Assembly: GCA_013239625.1 (NCBI GenBank) | Contig: MU054001.1 | Location: forward strand, 3,760,167-3,824,166 | Reading direction: 5' to 3' | DNA length: 64,000 nt | DNA from: Lama guanicoe | Taxonomy: Eukaryota | Shown here: one piece after another, positions 25,291-37,836 of the stretch | How positions within the stretch are numbered: the stretch's first letter is position 1 | Layout: the number at the start of each line of letters is the position of its first letter | Notes under the pieces: generated by a model | Database searches by the model: none | What the model saw: only the letters and a program-made list of their open reading frames with translations | Told to the model about the DNA's origin: nothing | Position numbers and translations under genes: made by a program

Positions 25291-28157
25291 TAAGACAAGG
25301 CGCATCTCAGTAATGGCCGCAGCCGCACGCAGACACGCCCGTGGTGGGAGGGGCGTCCCCCGGCCCCGCCCACCGGTGGGGCCTGGGCTCCCCGAGATTC
25401 TGCTCAGCTCTCCCCGCGAGTGCTGGCGCCCCTTCCTGGCAGGGCGGATGGCATGCTCTCTGCGTGCAGGCCAGAGTACGACTCCAAACGCAAGGCCACA
25501 CCGCAGAGCATCAGATCCGGTCGTTATCGGGTGGACAGGGGTAACCCTGCCAACGGCTCTGTCGGAGGGGAACCTGGACGAGTCAGGGTTCTACAGACGT
25601 GTCCAGTAAGACAGCAGAAGCCAGCGGGACCCAAGAGAACCATCTTGGGCAGAACTCCCCCAACCCCAATTAGAGTTAATGCCAGGTATCTGGAGCCAGA
25701 CAGTCCTGAGTTCAAGTTTCACTGGCTCTGCCTGGGCCTCAGTTTCCTCATCTGGGAATTGGGGGCGAGGTTCTTGTGGGAATAAGAGTACATAAAGGAA
25801 GCACCTGCCCCAGGGCCTGATGTTCACCAGATGGGGACTCGGCGACCCAGGGAGCAAACAGACTCACTTCACTCAGGGTGTCAGGACCCTGTGATCGTGG
25901 GACTCCATGCTGGTTCCTCCTCCAGCCCCAACACCCCCAAGGCTGTTCAGCCACCAGCAGGAACACGTTCAATCCTGTGGTTCCTTCCTCATCCCTTGCC
26001 CTGGGTGTCAGGTCACAGTACTGCCCACTGCTGCCCTTGGTGTTGGCCCAAACCACCCATCTCTCAGCCTCCTGCATCCCCGGGTGTCCAAGCACACCTC
26101 CCCAGCCCTCCTTGTCCAGACCCCCAGCATACAAGGCTGGAAAGGACAGTGACATATGGGAGGGCAGAACCTCCGTGTTCTCTCTTCTCCACAGTGAGCA
26201 GGCAGCAGGCTCTGTGCCCGTGGCCTCCAGGGAGGGAATTAGCCAGGACATCCCAGTCCTTCCAGGCCCGAGGACAGACGGCTTATACTTCCGGAAGCCC
26301 CACAGTAGAAGTCTGGTTGACCTGTAACTCCTGCCAAATCCCTTAGCTCCTTTGGCCTCAATTTCTCCACCTGTAAAGTGAACCTCTCCATTCTGTGCAT
26401 TCAGAGGGCAAGGATGAAGGCTGTGAGGGTCCTGGCAGCTACACGGAGGACTGAACACCTAACGGAGAATGGAGGGGGAAAGGCCAGTGTTTACACCAAA
26501 CCTCCAGCAGCACGGTTCTCTTCCTTGGCCACCTGGCGCCTGCCGACTGCTCGGCTGCATCGTCTCCCAGGCGTGATCCTGGCGGTTTGTGCCATCCTTT
26601 CAAGACCACCCCCCCAATATCACAGAATGGTCCTCCTGCTCTGGCAGTAACTTCTGATTTGATCCAGCCATTGGCAGTGTCCCCGGGGCTCCTCACTGGC
26701 CCGCTCGCACCTTTGAAGTGGTGAGGTCTCGCCAGCCTCACCCTCTGGGCCAGCTGCAACCCCCTCCCTCCCTGGGGTCCTAAACACCCTCTGATCTCCA
26801 GGGCCCCTCCAGCCTCCCTCCCCTGCCCCAGAAATAGTTCTTCCCCGCCAGGACTGCCAGGAGAGAACTTCAAAACTGGTGGACATCTTCCTCATGCTAA
26901 ATGACGTCCCAGAATACCACTCAAACTCCCCAACATCCCAGCAGAGTTTGACTTAAAGCTCCCATTCGTTAGCTCCTTCTGATAAATGGCCCCTGCCCAG
27001 CACCATCCCTGCATATCCTGTCCTTCAATCAAACGTGGGTTTCCACTTGGATAATACCGACCAGGGGAAAAAAATGAGAACCTAAAAATCACTTGCGGTC
27101 CCTGTAACCTACGCAGTGTGTGTTCACTGCTGGCAAACTTTTCAGGACACCCATACAATTCTTTGTATAAACAGAATGAGATGTATTATGATACGTGTTT
27201 TTATAATCTACTTTTTTTCACCTAATATAATTGCAGAACTTGGCTCACGTCATTACAAGATGATGTTCTAGAAGCCTCTTCAATGGTTGCCGAGTACTCC
27301 ACAGTCTAGCTATGCCAGAAATTGATCAAGGTCCTGCACACTTTAGTCTCTCAAGTTTATCCACATCGTAAACAATGCTGCCTGTGGTCTTATCACTAAT
27401 CTTGGGCATCCCTGTGATCACGTCCTTAGAAAAATGTCCTTGCAATAGAATCGCCAGGTTGAAGAAAAACATTAAGGCTTTTGAAAAATAAGTACACATT
27501 TTGAGCACCCACGTGGTTCACAACCTGTACGTAATTGTTTAGGGGCTGAGGAAGAACCAAAGCAAGGGAAGTCAGCGGTCTGAGGAGGGGTCTGTGAACG
27601 CACCAGACCCAAACACTCTCAGAAGTGAACACGGAGAGGGAGCGGTGGAGACCCTGAGTGTCAGAGGACAGCAGAAATGATCGTTCAATTGCCCTATATT
27701 AACGGATGGAGGAACAGGCTGAGAGAGAGGCCACCCGGGAAGGTTCTGGACTCTTTCCCACACAGCCCTGGGATTTCTGTAAAGCAAGCCCTGCTTGGGA
27801 GGAACAGACCAAGGTGGCAGGCTGTGCCTGGGTGTGGGAGCGTGGGCTGGTCTTACTCCACTTGCCAAGCAGAGCAGGAGTGAGAGATGGTGGCTGAGAG
27901 CCAGGGAGACGTGACTTACAGCAGCAGTAATCAGTATGAGCACCCAGGATGCGCCAGGCGCTGGTCCAGGTCTTTGGGTCTGTGATCACTTAATCCACAT
28001 GACAAAGTGAGTGAAGGTGGGAGCTGCTATGGCTTTGTGAGAGATGCCTGCTCTGGCTCACACAAAAAGCAGTTCATGCCAGCCTTAATCCACACACAAG
28101 CCCTTTCTATATTTGCTGGGGGGAAAAAAGTCTTTTCCACGATGGCAGGGTCTCAGG

Positions 28158-28352
28158 CAGTGGTTCTCAAACTTCAGTGTGTACAAGGTTCACTTGGTGG
28201 TGCAGAGGACGGTGTTCAAAGTGCAGATTCCAGAGCCCCACACTGAGAGTTTGATTCTGTACCTTTTGTGTGGGACCTCTGAGCCTGCATCCTTAAGGCC
28301 CCAGGATGGCTCAGATGCAGGCGGTCCTCAGACCTCTCTTTAAGAAACACTG
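28158..28352. mobile_element. MER5A-like hAT-Charlie MITE
   Basis: TIRs cagtggttctcaaa ... tttaagaaacactg. Confidence 0.8.
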
Positions 28353-28923
28353 ATGAGAGTGTGGCTGATTTTCATACTGAGGCTCTAACAGCGTTAGCTG
28401 TAGTAAAGTCAGTACAGCAGATATTAGGCTCACACTGACCCCTTTTCTGCCAGAGAGGAGTGTTTCTAGTGAAGGGAGAAATGCACACCAAGTTAGGGGC
28501 TTGGCCTCAGGATCCCACTAGCTACATACTCTCTTCCCATAAAGCTAGGGATCTGTATTTCATTCCTCCTCAGATCCCGGAGAGAAGCCCTCACACCCGA
28601 CTTTATGGCATTTGCCCAGCAGATGGCACTAACTCATTTCAAATACTGTTTGTAAAAGGCGACTGAAAGCTCAAGATGGATGGAGAGACAGAGAAAGGGC
28701 AGGACAGAGACAGTGAGGGGACAGCCACCAGCAGGAACGTCCCACACTAACCAGCTGTCCTGAAATGACACAGGCGAAGCTTAAACCCTCCTGGATGTAA
28801 TTTGTAATCTGGTGTGCAGCCTTGACTAATTGCCACATTTGTTTTCAGAAATCACCTGCTGCTTCCCGAACCTGGGATCTGGCAGCTGGGAGTTAAGATC
28901 TAGGATATCGCCATAACCTAGTA

Positions 28924-28942
28924 TGACCACAAGGTGGCGGTG
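28924..28942 (+). promoter_or_regulatory. CTCF-binding motif
   Basis: TGACCACAAGGTGGCGGTG closely fits the CTCF core consensus (CCASYAGRKGGCRS-like). Confidence 0.65.
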
Positions 28943-29569
28943 CTGCGCCAGGAGGACAAGCGCAAGAAAATCTAAATCTTAAAAAGCAATCTAACGACTT
29001 GAGAGGATGTCCTGAAAACAAGATCGTGGAGGAGAAAGAAAGGAGAGGGAGAAAGAGACAATGTTGGTTAGATATACAACCTGTCTATCGAGTGCATAAT
29101 TATACTAGTACCACTACAGCCGCCGCTGCCAGCGGCGAGGGGTTACTGCGTACCAGGCTGAGATAAGCACTTTACATATATACATGGTTTCATTTCGAGC
29201 TCATAAAGCCTTATGAGGGGAGTTCCACGACGTCTCCACTTCTGAGAGGAGACATTATGTGGGGAACCAGAGGCTGGAACCTCCTGTATTTTCTCAAAAG
29301 AACTGGGGACAGTGGTCTAGTTCTGGCCACATCAACAATAGTGAATGGGGTGGCTTCTATGCATGGAAGGCTGAGAATTCCTTCTTTCACCGAGCAAATC
29401 TTTGAGTACCTACTTGTGACAGGCTCTGTTCAAGGTGCCAAGGAAAGAGAACTTCTGAAGGAACCAGAGAAAAATCCCTGCTTCTAGTGCCAAGAGACCA
29501 CAATAAACCACTAGGTCCCAGGAGAGGTGCCACAGAGAAAGTAAAGAGCCCTGGGGCCAAAAAGTGCCT

Positions 29570-30186
29570 GCAGGGGCATGTTAGAGGAGGCGCCCACCAG
29601 CTCGCAGAGACACTTGTTCAGTTTGCAGGAATTTCATAAGCCAGTTCCTAAATACATCCATTATTAAAGTTAAATTATATAAACTTACAGTAAGTTATAT
29701 TTACAAGTTATAATTAAGTCATATTGAAAACTCATCACTTCCTAATTATTTTACATTTTATAACTGTCTATTAGTGAGCACACTTCTTCTTCTGTAAAGG
29801 ACCAGACAGTAAATATTGTATTACAGTTGCTGTGGTAACTACTCAACTCTGCCATTGGAACAGGAGAGCAGCCGTAGGTATGTAATATGAATGGACGTGA
29901 CTGTCCTCCAATAGAACGTTACCTACAGCAACAGCTCTGGTCTGGGTTTGGTCCCCCAGCCGTAGTCGGCAGAGCCCTCAGTCTGTGCTCAGGTTTTATG
30001 TCTGTCATATGTGTGCTAATCCAACCTGCATCTCCTCCTGGTGCCACCTTCAAGGATGTCACACTGGCAGCTTGCTGTCGGCCATGGTGAGACTATTTCC
30101 ACCTCAAAACTGGCAAACACTGCAGATCAGGGCTTTTTTTCCCTCCCTGGAGAGCTGGCTGTTAAACATTTACCAGCACGCCACTG
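29570..30186 (+). mobile_element. MER63-like hAT element with nested MER58A-like element (~29772-29980)
   Basis: MER63 segments attattaaagttaaattatataaactt, aaactcatcacttcctaatta and end gttaaacatttaccagcacgccactg; inner ttctgtaaaggaccagacagtaaatatt...actactcaactctgcc. Confidence 0.8.
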
Positions 30187-32499
30187 GCTAATGTGTGGGG
30201 AGTCCAGGGAGGTGACCTCTGCACGGGAACCTGAAACTGCACTTAATCCTTCCATCCTGCAGCTGCCCCTCACACCCCCCAGGGGTAACATACAGGGCAT
30301 AGCTTGGAAATTGATCTGAACAAAACAGTCCAAAGTTCACAGAGATGGCCAGAGAGGGTGAAACACACACTTGTTTAAATTATGTAGATTCCAATCTCAT
30401 CACCCCACACACTCCACGGAGCAGGCTTGCCTGTCTTCGGCCATTTAGGATGCACAGCTAAGAAGCCACGCATCACCGCCCGAGGTCTGACCTTTACTCC
30501 TTAGGCTGGTGAGACCCTGCTCGCCATCAAGTGAAACCCACAAGGTTCAACCTCGGAGGTCACATTCAATGTCTCACAAAGTGGGGTGGGATGGAGGGGA
30601 GGGACTCAGGAGGCCTCCCCGGCGAAGTCAACTTCAATCCAACCCTTCAGACCCGAGTTCAACCTCTCACTGCTTTGGAAAAGGCAGTATGTGAAACAGA
30701 GTTGGGTGTTATTTGTAAGGGGACGGTTTGATGCATAAAATTTAAGAGTTTTCATAAACTCCTAGAAAAACGGTGAGGTCCAAGCAGTGGACACAACTTG
30801 CAAATTTCTGTGGTGCTTTTGTGATGGAGGTCACAAAGGCTGGGTGAATTACTCTATTTCTGTGATGTCCAGTTCAGTCTTCCCTCACCTAATTACTTCA
30901 GTTAGACCTCAAACTACTCCCCCTTCCTTTAAAATTCACACTGCAAAACAGTCCTCCAAAGCTGGCAACTCACACAGACCTGACTGTCCACAATTCAGTG
31001 CGAAGGCTGCCTCGCAAAACCAAGTCTCTTCCCAAGAACTCCTCTGCCTTCCTACCTCATCGACCTGGCAGGTTTTCTTTATGACCTCTAAGTGTATACA
31101 CACCTTGGAATACTTCCTGAACAGAATAGCATCTTCATTATGCCACTTGAAGGAGATCTTTGTTCAAGCCCTCTGCAGAAGTAGTGTAGTTCACTCTATT
31201 TTCAAATCCTTTCTCTTGCCTCCAGCACACATCCCACGTTTATTTCCAAGGCTCTTTCTCAAGAGTCTAGGCCAGGAGCTTTACAACAGACTTTCTACTT
31301 CCCCTTTGGAGCATCTCCAAGTCCATAATCCTCTTTTATCAGGTTCCACCAAGGGGTGACAAGTGGATTGTGTTTCCTGCAGAAAACTCCATTCCTCCTG
31401 ACAAGTGGCTCCCAGTCCCAGCTGCATGTTGGGCCAACGGAACGAGTTGTGAAAAACACCACGTGCCTGGCCCCGTCTGCAGATCGAGTGGGTTCGGGCG
31501 GGCTCAGGCACGCATTAGCTCTAAAGCCTCCCTATGCGGATTTAATGCGCAGCTGGGCCGGAGAGCGGCAGCGTGCGCATTCCTCAGGTTTGAATGAGGG
31601 GAACATGCCTCCGCGAGCCCGGCCCCAGGACAAGAGGCCTAGCGTGGCCATGGTCCTCAGCCAGCCGGGCAGCCCTCCTCGGACAAGTTCTCGCTTGCCC
31701 TTTATGTCCACCGTCCACAGGGATGCAAAAGTGTGTGAACTATCACTGTGCACTCACACGCCCACGAAGAGTCAGGGAAAAAAATGGGATCTACGGAAAA
31801 GCAGGCAAATCCTTGAGTCCGAACAAAGGAAAATCAGAATGATGTGAAAATGGCAAAGTTTCATTATCACCAATGTGCCATTTGGCCATGGGATTTTCAA
31901 ACAGGAGAGTTCTTGAATGTACTATGTTAATACAAGTATTGTCAACTCGGACCGTTCTAGCTCTAATAAGTGACAAACTCCAAACAGTGATTCCTGAGGA
32001 AGGCTTGCTGTATCAGTTACCTAAAAGAAGATACAAGTTTCAGCCAATGTAGCATCACGTAATCATTCCTCTGGGTGATACAGAGAAGTGGAGCCTTTAG
32101 GTGACCCCTTCGCAGCTGTGAGGGACCGGGACACACTCGTCTATAGCACGCAGCTTTGGGCCCGTGTTTAGAGGTGAACAGTGGTGGCTGGAGTGGATGA
32201 GAGACTGAATTGAGCAGAATCGAGCTTTAATTAGGTTTGGAGCTCAGAGATGCCAAGTTACTTCAAGAAATTACACGGAACTGTGATGCCAGGAGGCGAC
32301 CCAGAGACTACTGGCACATCTCCCAGAAAAGAAAAAGGCTGTGAGGTTTTCTAAAACTATCGTGATGATGGCAGAGACTTGGCGAAGACACAGGTGTGCC
32401 CAGGACAGACTTTTCCTCAAGTGATCTTTCCTGGCACCACTGCAAACACTTAGGAAGTTGTGCTCAACTCCAGTTTTCCCAGAACCCAGAACCCTTCCC

Positions 32500-32542
32500 C
32501 AAAGAAATCAAGGAAAAAGAACCATAAAAATTTAATTTTAAT
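32500..32542 (-). terminator. Distal polyadenylation signal: tandem ATTAAA ATTAAA at 32542-32531 with downstream U-rich element
   Basis: Minus strand reads tgtactatatatactatttctgtatc ATTAAA ATTAAA tttttatggttc tttttccttgatttcttt, with upstream TGTA elements. Confidence 0.7.
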
Positions 32543-34047
32543 GATACAGAAATAGTATATATAGTACATTTCTTTCCACAGCAGCACTTCAATCATCTCT
32601 AAAAAATTTAACAAAATTAAGGCTAAATCAGAGCAATCTGATAGTAAAGGGATATTTTATGTGGTTTTATTTTTAAAGAATGTCTTCATAAATATAGAAT
32701 GTTTGTCAGGCAAAAAAAAAATGTTGAACAAGATACCAAATATGGGAAATGTGATACAAAATGTGCTCCTTTATACCAATTTGCCCAGACCTACTTGTTC
32801 CCTGGGAATTTCCAAACGGGATCTTTTTTTTTTTTTTTTTAATGAATGTTTATGACAGGATGCTAAGACTTTTGGGAGTACTATAGGCCATTTTAGAAAA
32901 TGAAACCAAGGACAGTTGAGTCCCCAATACTGTCTCTCTCAAAAAAATACAAGTGGACGGGGTTTAAAAGTGCAAGAGAATCACATGTGAAGCTGTGTGC
33001 TCCAAAGAACAATCCCTCCGGACCTGGCCTGCCCCGACCTGTGTTGCAGGATGACGTTAAAATACAGTGAAACAAAAACAGCATCACTGACAAGACAGAG
33101 GGTCAGGAAAGCAAATGGGGTTCTTGAGTGACCTGCTCCAAATACTGACGTTTTACTGCGCCGAGGAAGGAAAGTCTTTCTTTACCATTTTTTCCCCTTT
33201 TCTTTGGCCATGTTTGCTGGTTAGCTCTTTACCACTGCCTTCTGACTCAAGAGAGACCCTTCAGCTACTCCAGGATTTTAGAGTAAGATGAAGTCTTTTT
33301 TTCCTCTCTTTTCTTTCCAACATAAGTTCAGAAAGGAAACCAGACAACACCAAGCTGACACCCTGCAGGCAGCCCCGCTCTCTGAAGCCCCAGCCCCTGG
33401 AGCAGCCACGCCACCCCGGAGGCACAGAGAACCAGCTCTCAGGCTGGCCCTCCCTCCCCCCGCCCGCTCTCCTGCACGCTTCTGCTGTGCCACGCTCTCC
33501 CCTACCATCTCCACTTGCCTTGGGGAATCCAAGTATTATTTTCTTTGAGGGAGAATGGTGAGCGTGTTGTTAACATCTCCTCGAGAAGGTGGTGTCATTT
33601 TTCATTATAAGCCTTAGAGCCCCCCGACTTTAACAAGGACATTTTACTTTATGACAAGAGGACCTATTACCCCAGAGAATAATCTTCTCATAGAAGGTTA
33701 GCATTTTCATCATAAAGTAGCAGATAGTTTACATTTTTTCTTTCGCGTGACAATTCTGTTTTTCCATTTCTTTGGTTCCCAGAGCCTCAATTTCCCCTAA
33801 AGAAATTAAACGAAAGGCAAATGTCCAAGTAAAAAACATCCAATATCCTCTCAAGTGTGTTCCAAAGACAGGAAACAGCGGGGTGAGGCATCGATACTAA
33901 AACTCATTTCTGACAGAAATTCACATGCAAACACAGAGACACAATATGAGAAACATACAATTACCCACATGTATGCAGAGTCATTAACACAATAACCTTG
34001 TGCAATCACACAGTCACATGAAGAGAAAGTTTTCGAGATCTTTTAGT

Positions 34048-34325
34048 TCAGGGCTTTTCAAATCTGGCTGAGGGTCAGGTTCACCTGGCAGAGCTTCTGG
34101 CACTTCCTAGACCCCATTCCTGAAGAATCCAATCCAGCAGGCATGGCTGGGAACCCAGAAATTTGTATTTTGTCCTATAAAATTCGATATTCCCACCCTT
34201 TGCTATATAGTGGAGGACCCTAAGGTCCAAAGAAGTCAAGATGTTGCCCAAAACTAACAGAGCAAGCGATGGAGAAAGGGCTAGACCCCGGGCCCTTGTC
34301 CCCTGGCCCACCACTCTGTCACACC
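34048..34325. mobile_element. MER5-like MITE followed by a MIR fragment, inside the CYLD 3'UTR
   Basis: cagggcttttcaaatctggctg...tcacctggcagagctt; gaagtcaagatgttgcccaaa. Confidence 0.6.
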
Positions 34326-34909
34326 TCGCTGCCTCCTAGAGCATCCCCGGACCTGGCACCTGACACTTAGGCTAAGCAACCATGAGGAGATACTCTGTTG
34401 GCAGAAGCAGGTGGTAAGCTGCTTGAGGGCAGGGACCATGCCTCATGTTCCTTTGGCCACAATCCTAGGTAACAAGTGTCTGAGAAATACTTGCTGGTAG
34501 GCAGTCACTCAGCTAAGGCCCAATTCTGAATTCCCCACTCACATCACTGTCTACGATCACCCAAGCAGATGCGAAATCATCTAGCTGGCTATCAAAATCC
34601 ACCCGAGGAGGGCAGTAACGCCTCTGAACTGGTGAAGACGCCACGTTCGCCCAACAGGAATCTGAGTGACAATGCAAGTGCCATGAGATTAACTACCATA
34701 TCTTCCCCTTGTGCCTGAACTATGTGAATCATGTGAAAAAATAAACGAATCCATAGGATGGAAAGAAGCTATTTACCTATAACATTTGGCAAATATGAAT
34801 TATAAAAATCCTAAACTAGTCTAAGGAGAGAATCTCTAGCAATTGTAACCACTATATTTTTTTGAGTTTTATTACTGTTTCTCTAGGATTGCAATGGATA
34901 TTCCCAGTC

Positions 34910-35026
34910 TTTTTTTGCGGGGGGGGGTATTATTTATGTATTTTCTTAATCAAGGTACTGGGGGTTGAACCTAGAACCTCATGCATGCAAGGCATGCACT
35001 CTGCCACTGAGTTATACCCTCCCCCC
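34910..35026 (-). mobile_element. tRNA-derived SINE (Vic-1-like) in the CYLD 3'UTR, sense to the mRNA
   Basis: Reverse complement reads ggggggagggtataactcagtggcagagtgcatgccttgcatgcatgaggttctaggttcaacccccagtac; flanked by attcccagtct / attcccaatct. Confidence 0.85.
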
Positions 35027-37208
35027 GGTAATTCCCAATCTTATAAAACATTCTTTTGTGGATGGAGTCTCCTCCCCCTGGTAATTCCCAGTCTTATAAA
35101 ACATTCTTTTGTGGATAGAGTCCAACTCCTTTATAAAGCTGATAGTGAGGGACTGAACACATTATGACATGGTTGCTCTTCTCTCCCCATGCCCCATAAA
35201 TATAAACTCTTACACACAGACACACACACTCACACGTGTCTATTTAATGGCGGTGGGGGAACATGACTTGTCTTATGATCGTTCTACTATATTGCCATCT
35301 TGATTGTAGACATGATAGGATACATGAAGAAAGGATAACCAAAACATTTAAAAAGCCAACAGGAAAATATTTTTTTTAAAGTTAAGGCTAAAAATTAAAT
35401 AAATCAACAGGCACATGGGCCACTGGTGTCACACAGCCCGGCCCTGCCTGTGCCCACCTGACACCCGGGGCTCTGTGGGAGCAGGAACAAGGAAGGACTG
35501 CCTGGGGGTGGGGGTGGGGGAGCACCCAGGGCCGGGAAGGACCCTGCCTCCAAAGGAACCACCATAGCAGGCCCTGCATCCTCTACTGGGTGCTCACTCC
35601 CCAGGTGATGCTAAAAGGATGGGAAACTCTACTTGTAAAAATTGTCCTTAGAAATCATGTGTGGCCGAGGCCCCTCTGCTCGAAAGAGCCTCCACGCCCA
35701 CGTGAGAGGTGCATGCACCCACACACGTCTTCTTCAAGTCTTCTGTCACGAGGCGCCAGACAGGACAGACCTTCCTCAACTTGTTTTTTGTTTTAATTTT
35801 TACAGAAAAGGAACTGTCTTCTCTTTCTTTTTAAAGACTTTTTAAATCGAGTCTTACCTATATGAAGATTCCTAATCATTCGTCCAGATGGTCTTTTACC
35901 ACCACATGGATAAGCTCCTTCACCCGTTTACACATATTTATGAAGGAGTGACTGGACTGGTAGAAGGTCAGGGCTAGAAATGACCCAAGATCATGCATCC
36001 CACGCCCCTCACTTGCCCTGGAGAAGGGGCAGGGCCAGCCCCACAGCCAGGTTCTCACCCTTGACCCCAGGTCTAATAACCGTCTCACCACCCGACCCAG
36101 GCACTGAGCAAAACCTCATACAAAAGTTGTGTACTTTTTCATTTCAAAAATGAAAACAATTACAAGATGAAAGAATTTTTGTATCTTACTATGATTTATA
36201 AAGCTAATAAATATTAGCAAAATGGAATGACAATCAAAGGGTAAACATGACTAAAAAAATAACTGCAGGGTTTATAAAGATTCTTTCCTTTCTTTTTTTT
36301 TTGACATTCAATGTTTTATGAAGTCATATGCTATACACATATGACAACTTCTGTCTTTCTGCACGGTTAGGAAGTCATTCCAGAGAGACAACAACGCCAC
36401 ACACAACACATTCCACAGCACTGACACTTATAACCTACGCTTCTAGTCTACAGCGGCCACTGGTGAGCTGGACACACACTATGGACAGGAGCTAAGAAAA
36501 CACTCATTTTCTACTTATTTAGTCAGAAGGAGGGCAAAGCTGCTGCTAACGTTCAATAAAATATCTGATTCGTAACTGTCACTACCTCAAGGGAAATCAA
36601 AATGAATTTAGTGAGGGGACTGACTGATCAAATGTAAGTTCTGAACAATCCTACATAAAATAGTAGAAGTTTAGATATCCAATACATCTCTTCAGGGAAA
36701 TTTCAGTGAGTAATCCTATATGCCAAATTAATGTTCATGTTTGCATAATATATTATTTATGTTTGATATGTTTGATAATATATTTATCACTCCAATATTT
36801 TAGTAAAATTTACTGTGCCTCATTGCATAGAATAGAGTCTTTAAAAAAAAAAACTGTTAGCTGACAGTTACTACTGTGAATGAAGAGCTGTATGCTCTAG
36901 TCCTCCAGGAAAATTACATCAAAATGGACTTTTATGACAAAATCACTCATTTATCTCAAAACCAGAACAAGTAGAAAACACCAGTAAGGGAATCTGAGTA
37001 CTTTTCTGACCACTACTGCAGAAACACAGAACTTCAGCAGATTGCAGACATGCAGGAATCAGCACTATATAGGAAAGAATTAACAAACTCAGTACAATTT
37101 TAATAACTGGATTGAAAGTAGACTCTTAATAAAACCAAAGTATCTCCTCCTCAAGGCAACCGTTAGCTACAAAGGAAAAATGATTTCTTGGTCCATAAAG
37201 AAGACACA

Positions 37209-37218
37209 TTTATTTACA
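37209..37218 (-). terminator. Candidate proximal poly(A) signal AATAAA overlapping a Pumilio element TGTAAATA
   Basis: Minus strand reads aaTGTAAATAAAtgtgtcttcttt, about 350 nt after the stop codon. Confidence 0.4.
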
Positions 37219-37566
37219 TTCTCAATGGACTAAAAGAGGTTTTAAACTGTCACAATTAAAACTTTATGCTTCCAAAAATATCATATGATCAATGCACTTA
37301 ACTTAAAGCTTCAGGTATTAATAACTTCATTTAGACTTCTTAGAAAACCAACACAAACATACTTTCTAGAGTGCAAAATGCGTCTTATTAAATACTTCGG
37401 TAACATAAAAGCAATTTGTTTTTAAACTCAAGAATCCTTTTCTGAAGGATCATCACCAAAAAGACATCCATTGCCGGCAATGGACGTTGAACAAAACTGC
37501 CAGCTTGAGTGAAATGCAACATGAAAACTTTGCATTCAGTTTCTGCACCTGTCCAGATGGCCCCGT

Positions 37567-37836
<270 letters not shown>

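Larger units (their letters stand above)
32520..37566 (-). other. CYLD: CYLD 3'UTR (~5 kb)
   Basis: Continuous, largely AT-rich sequence from the stop codon to a tandem ATTAAA signal with a U-rich downstream tract. The end position is inferred. Confidence 0.75.

Noticed and set aside
25748..26458. 236-aa ORF and overlapping 171-aa and 149-aa ORFs
   Set aside because: Several frames are open on both strands because GC-rich DNA is stop-poor; the region is flanked by MIR fragments and has no recognisable domain.
30787..31359. 190-aa plus-strand ORF downstream of CYLD
   Set aside because: GTG start, no recognisable domain and no clear splice signals; not supportable without a homology search.
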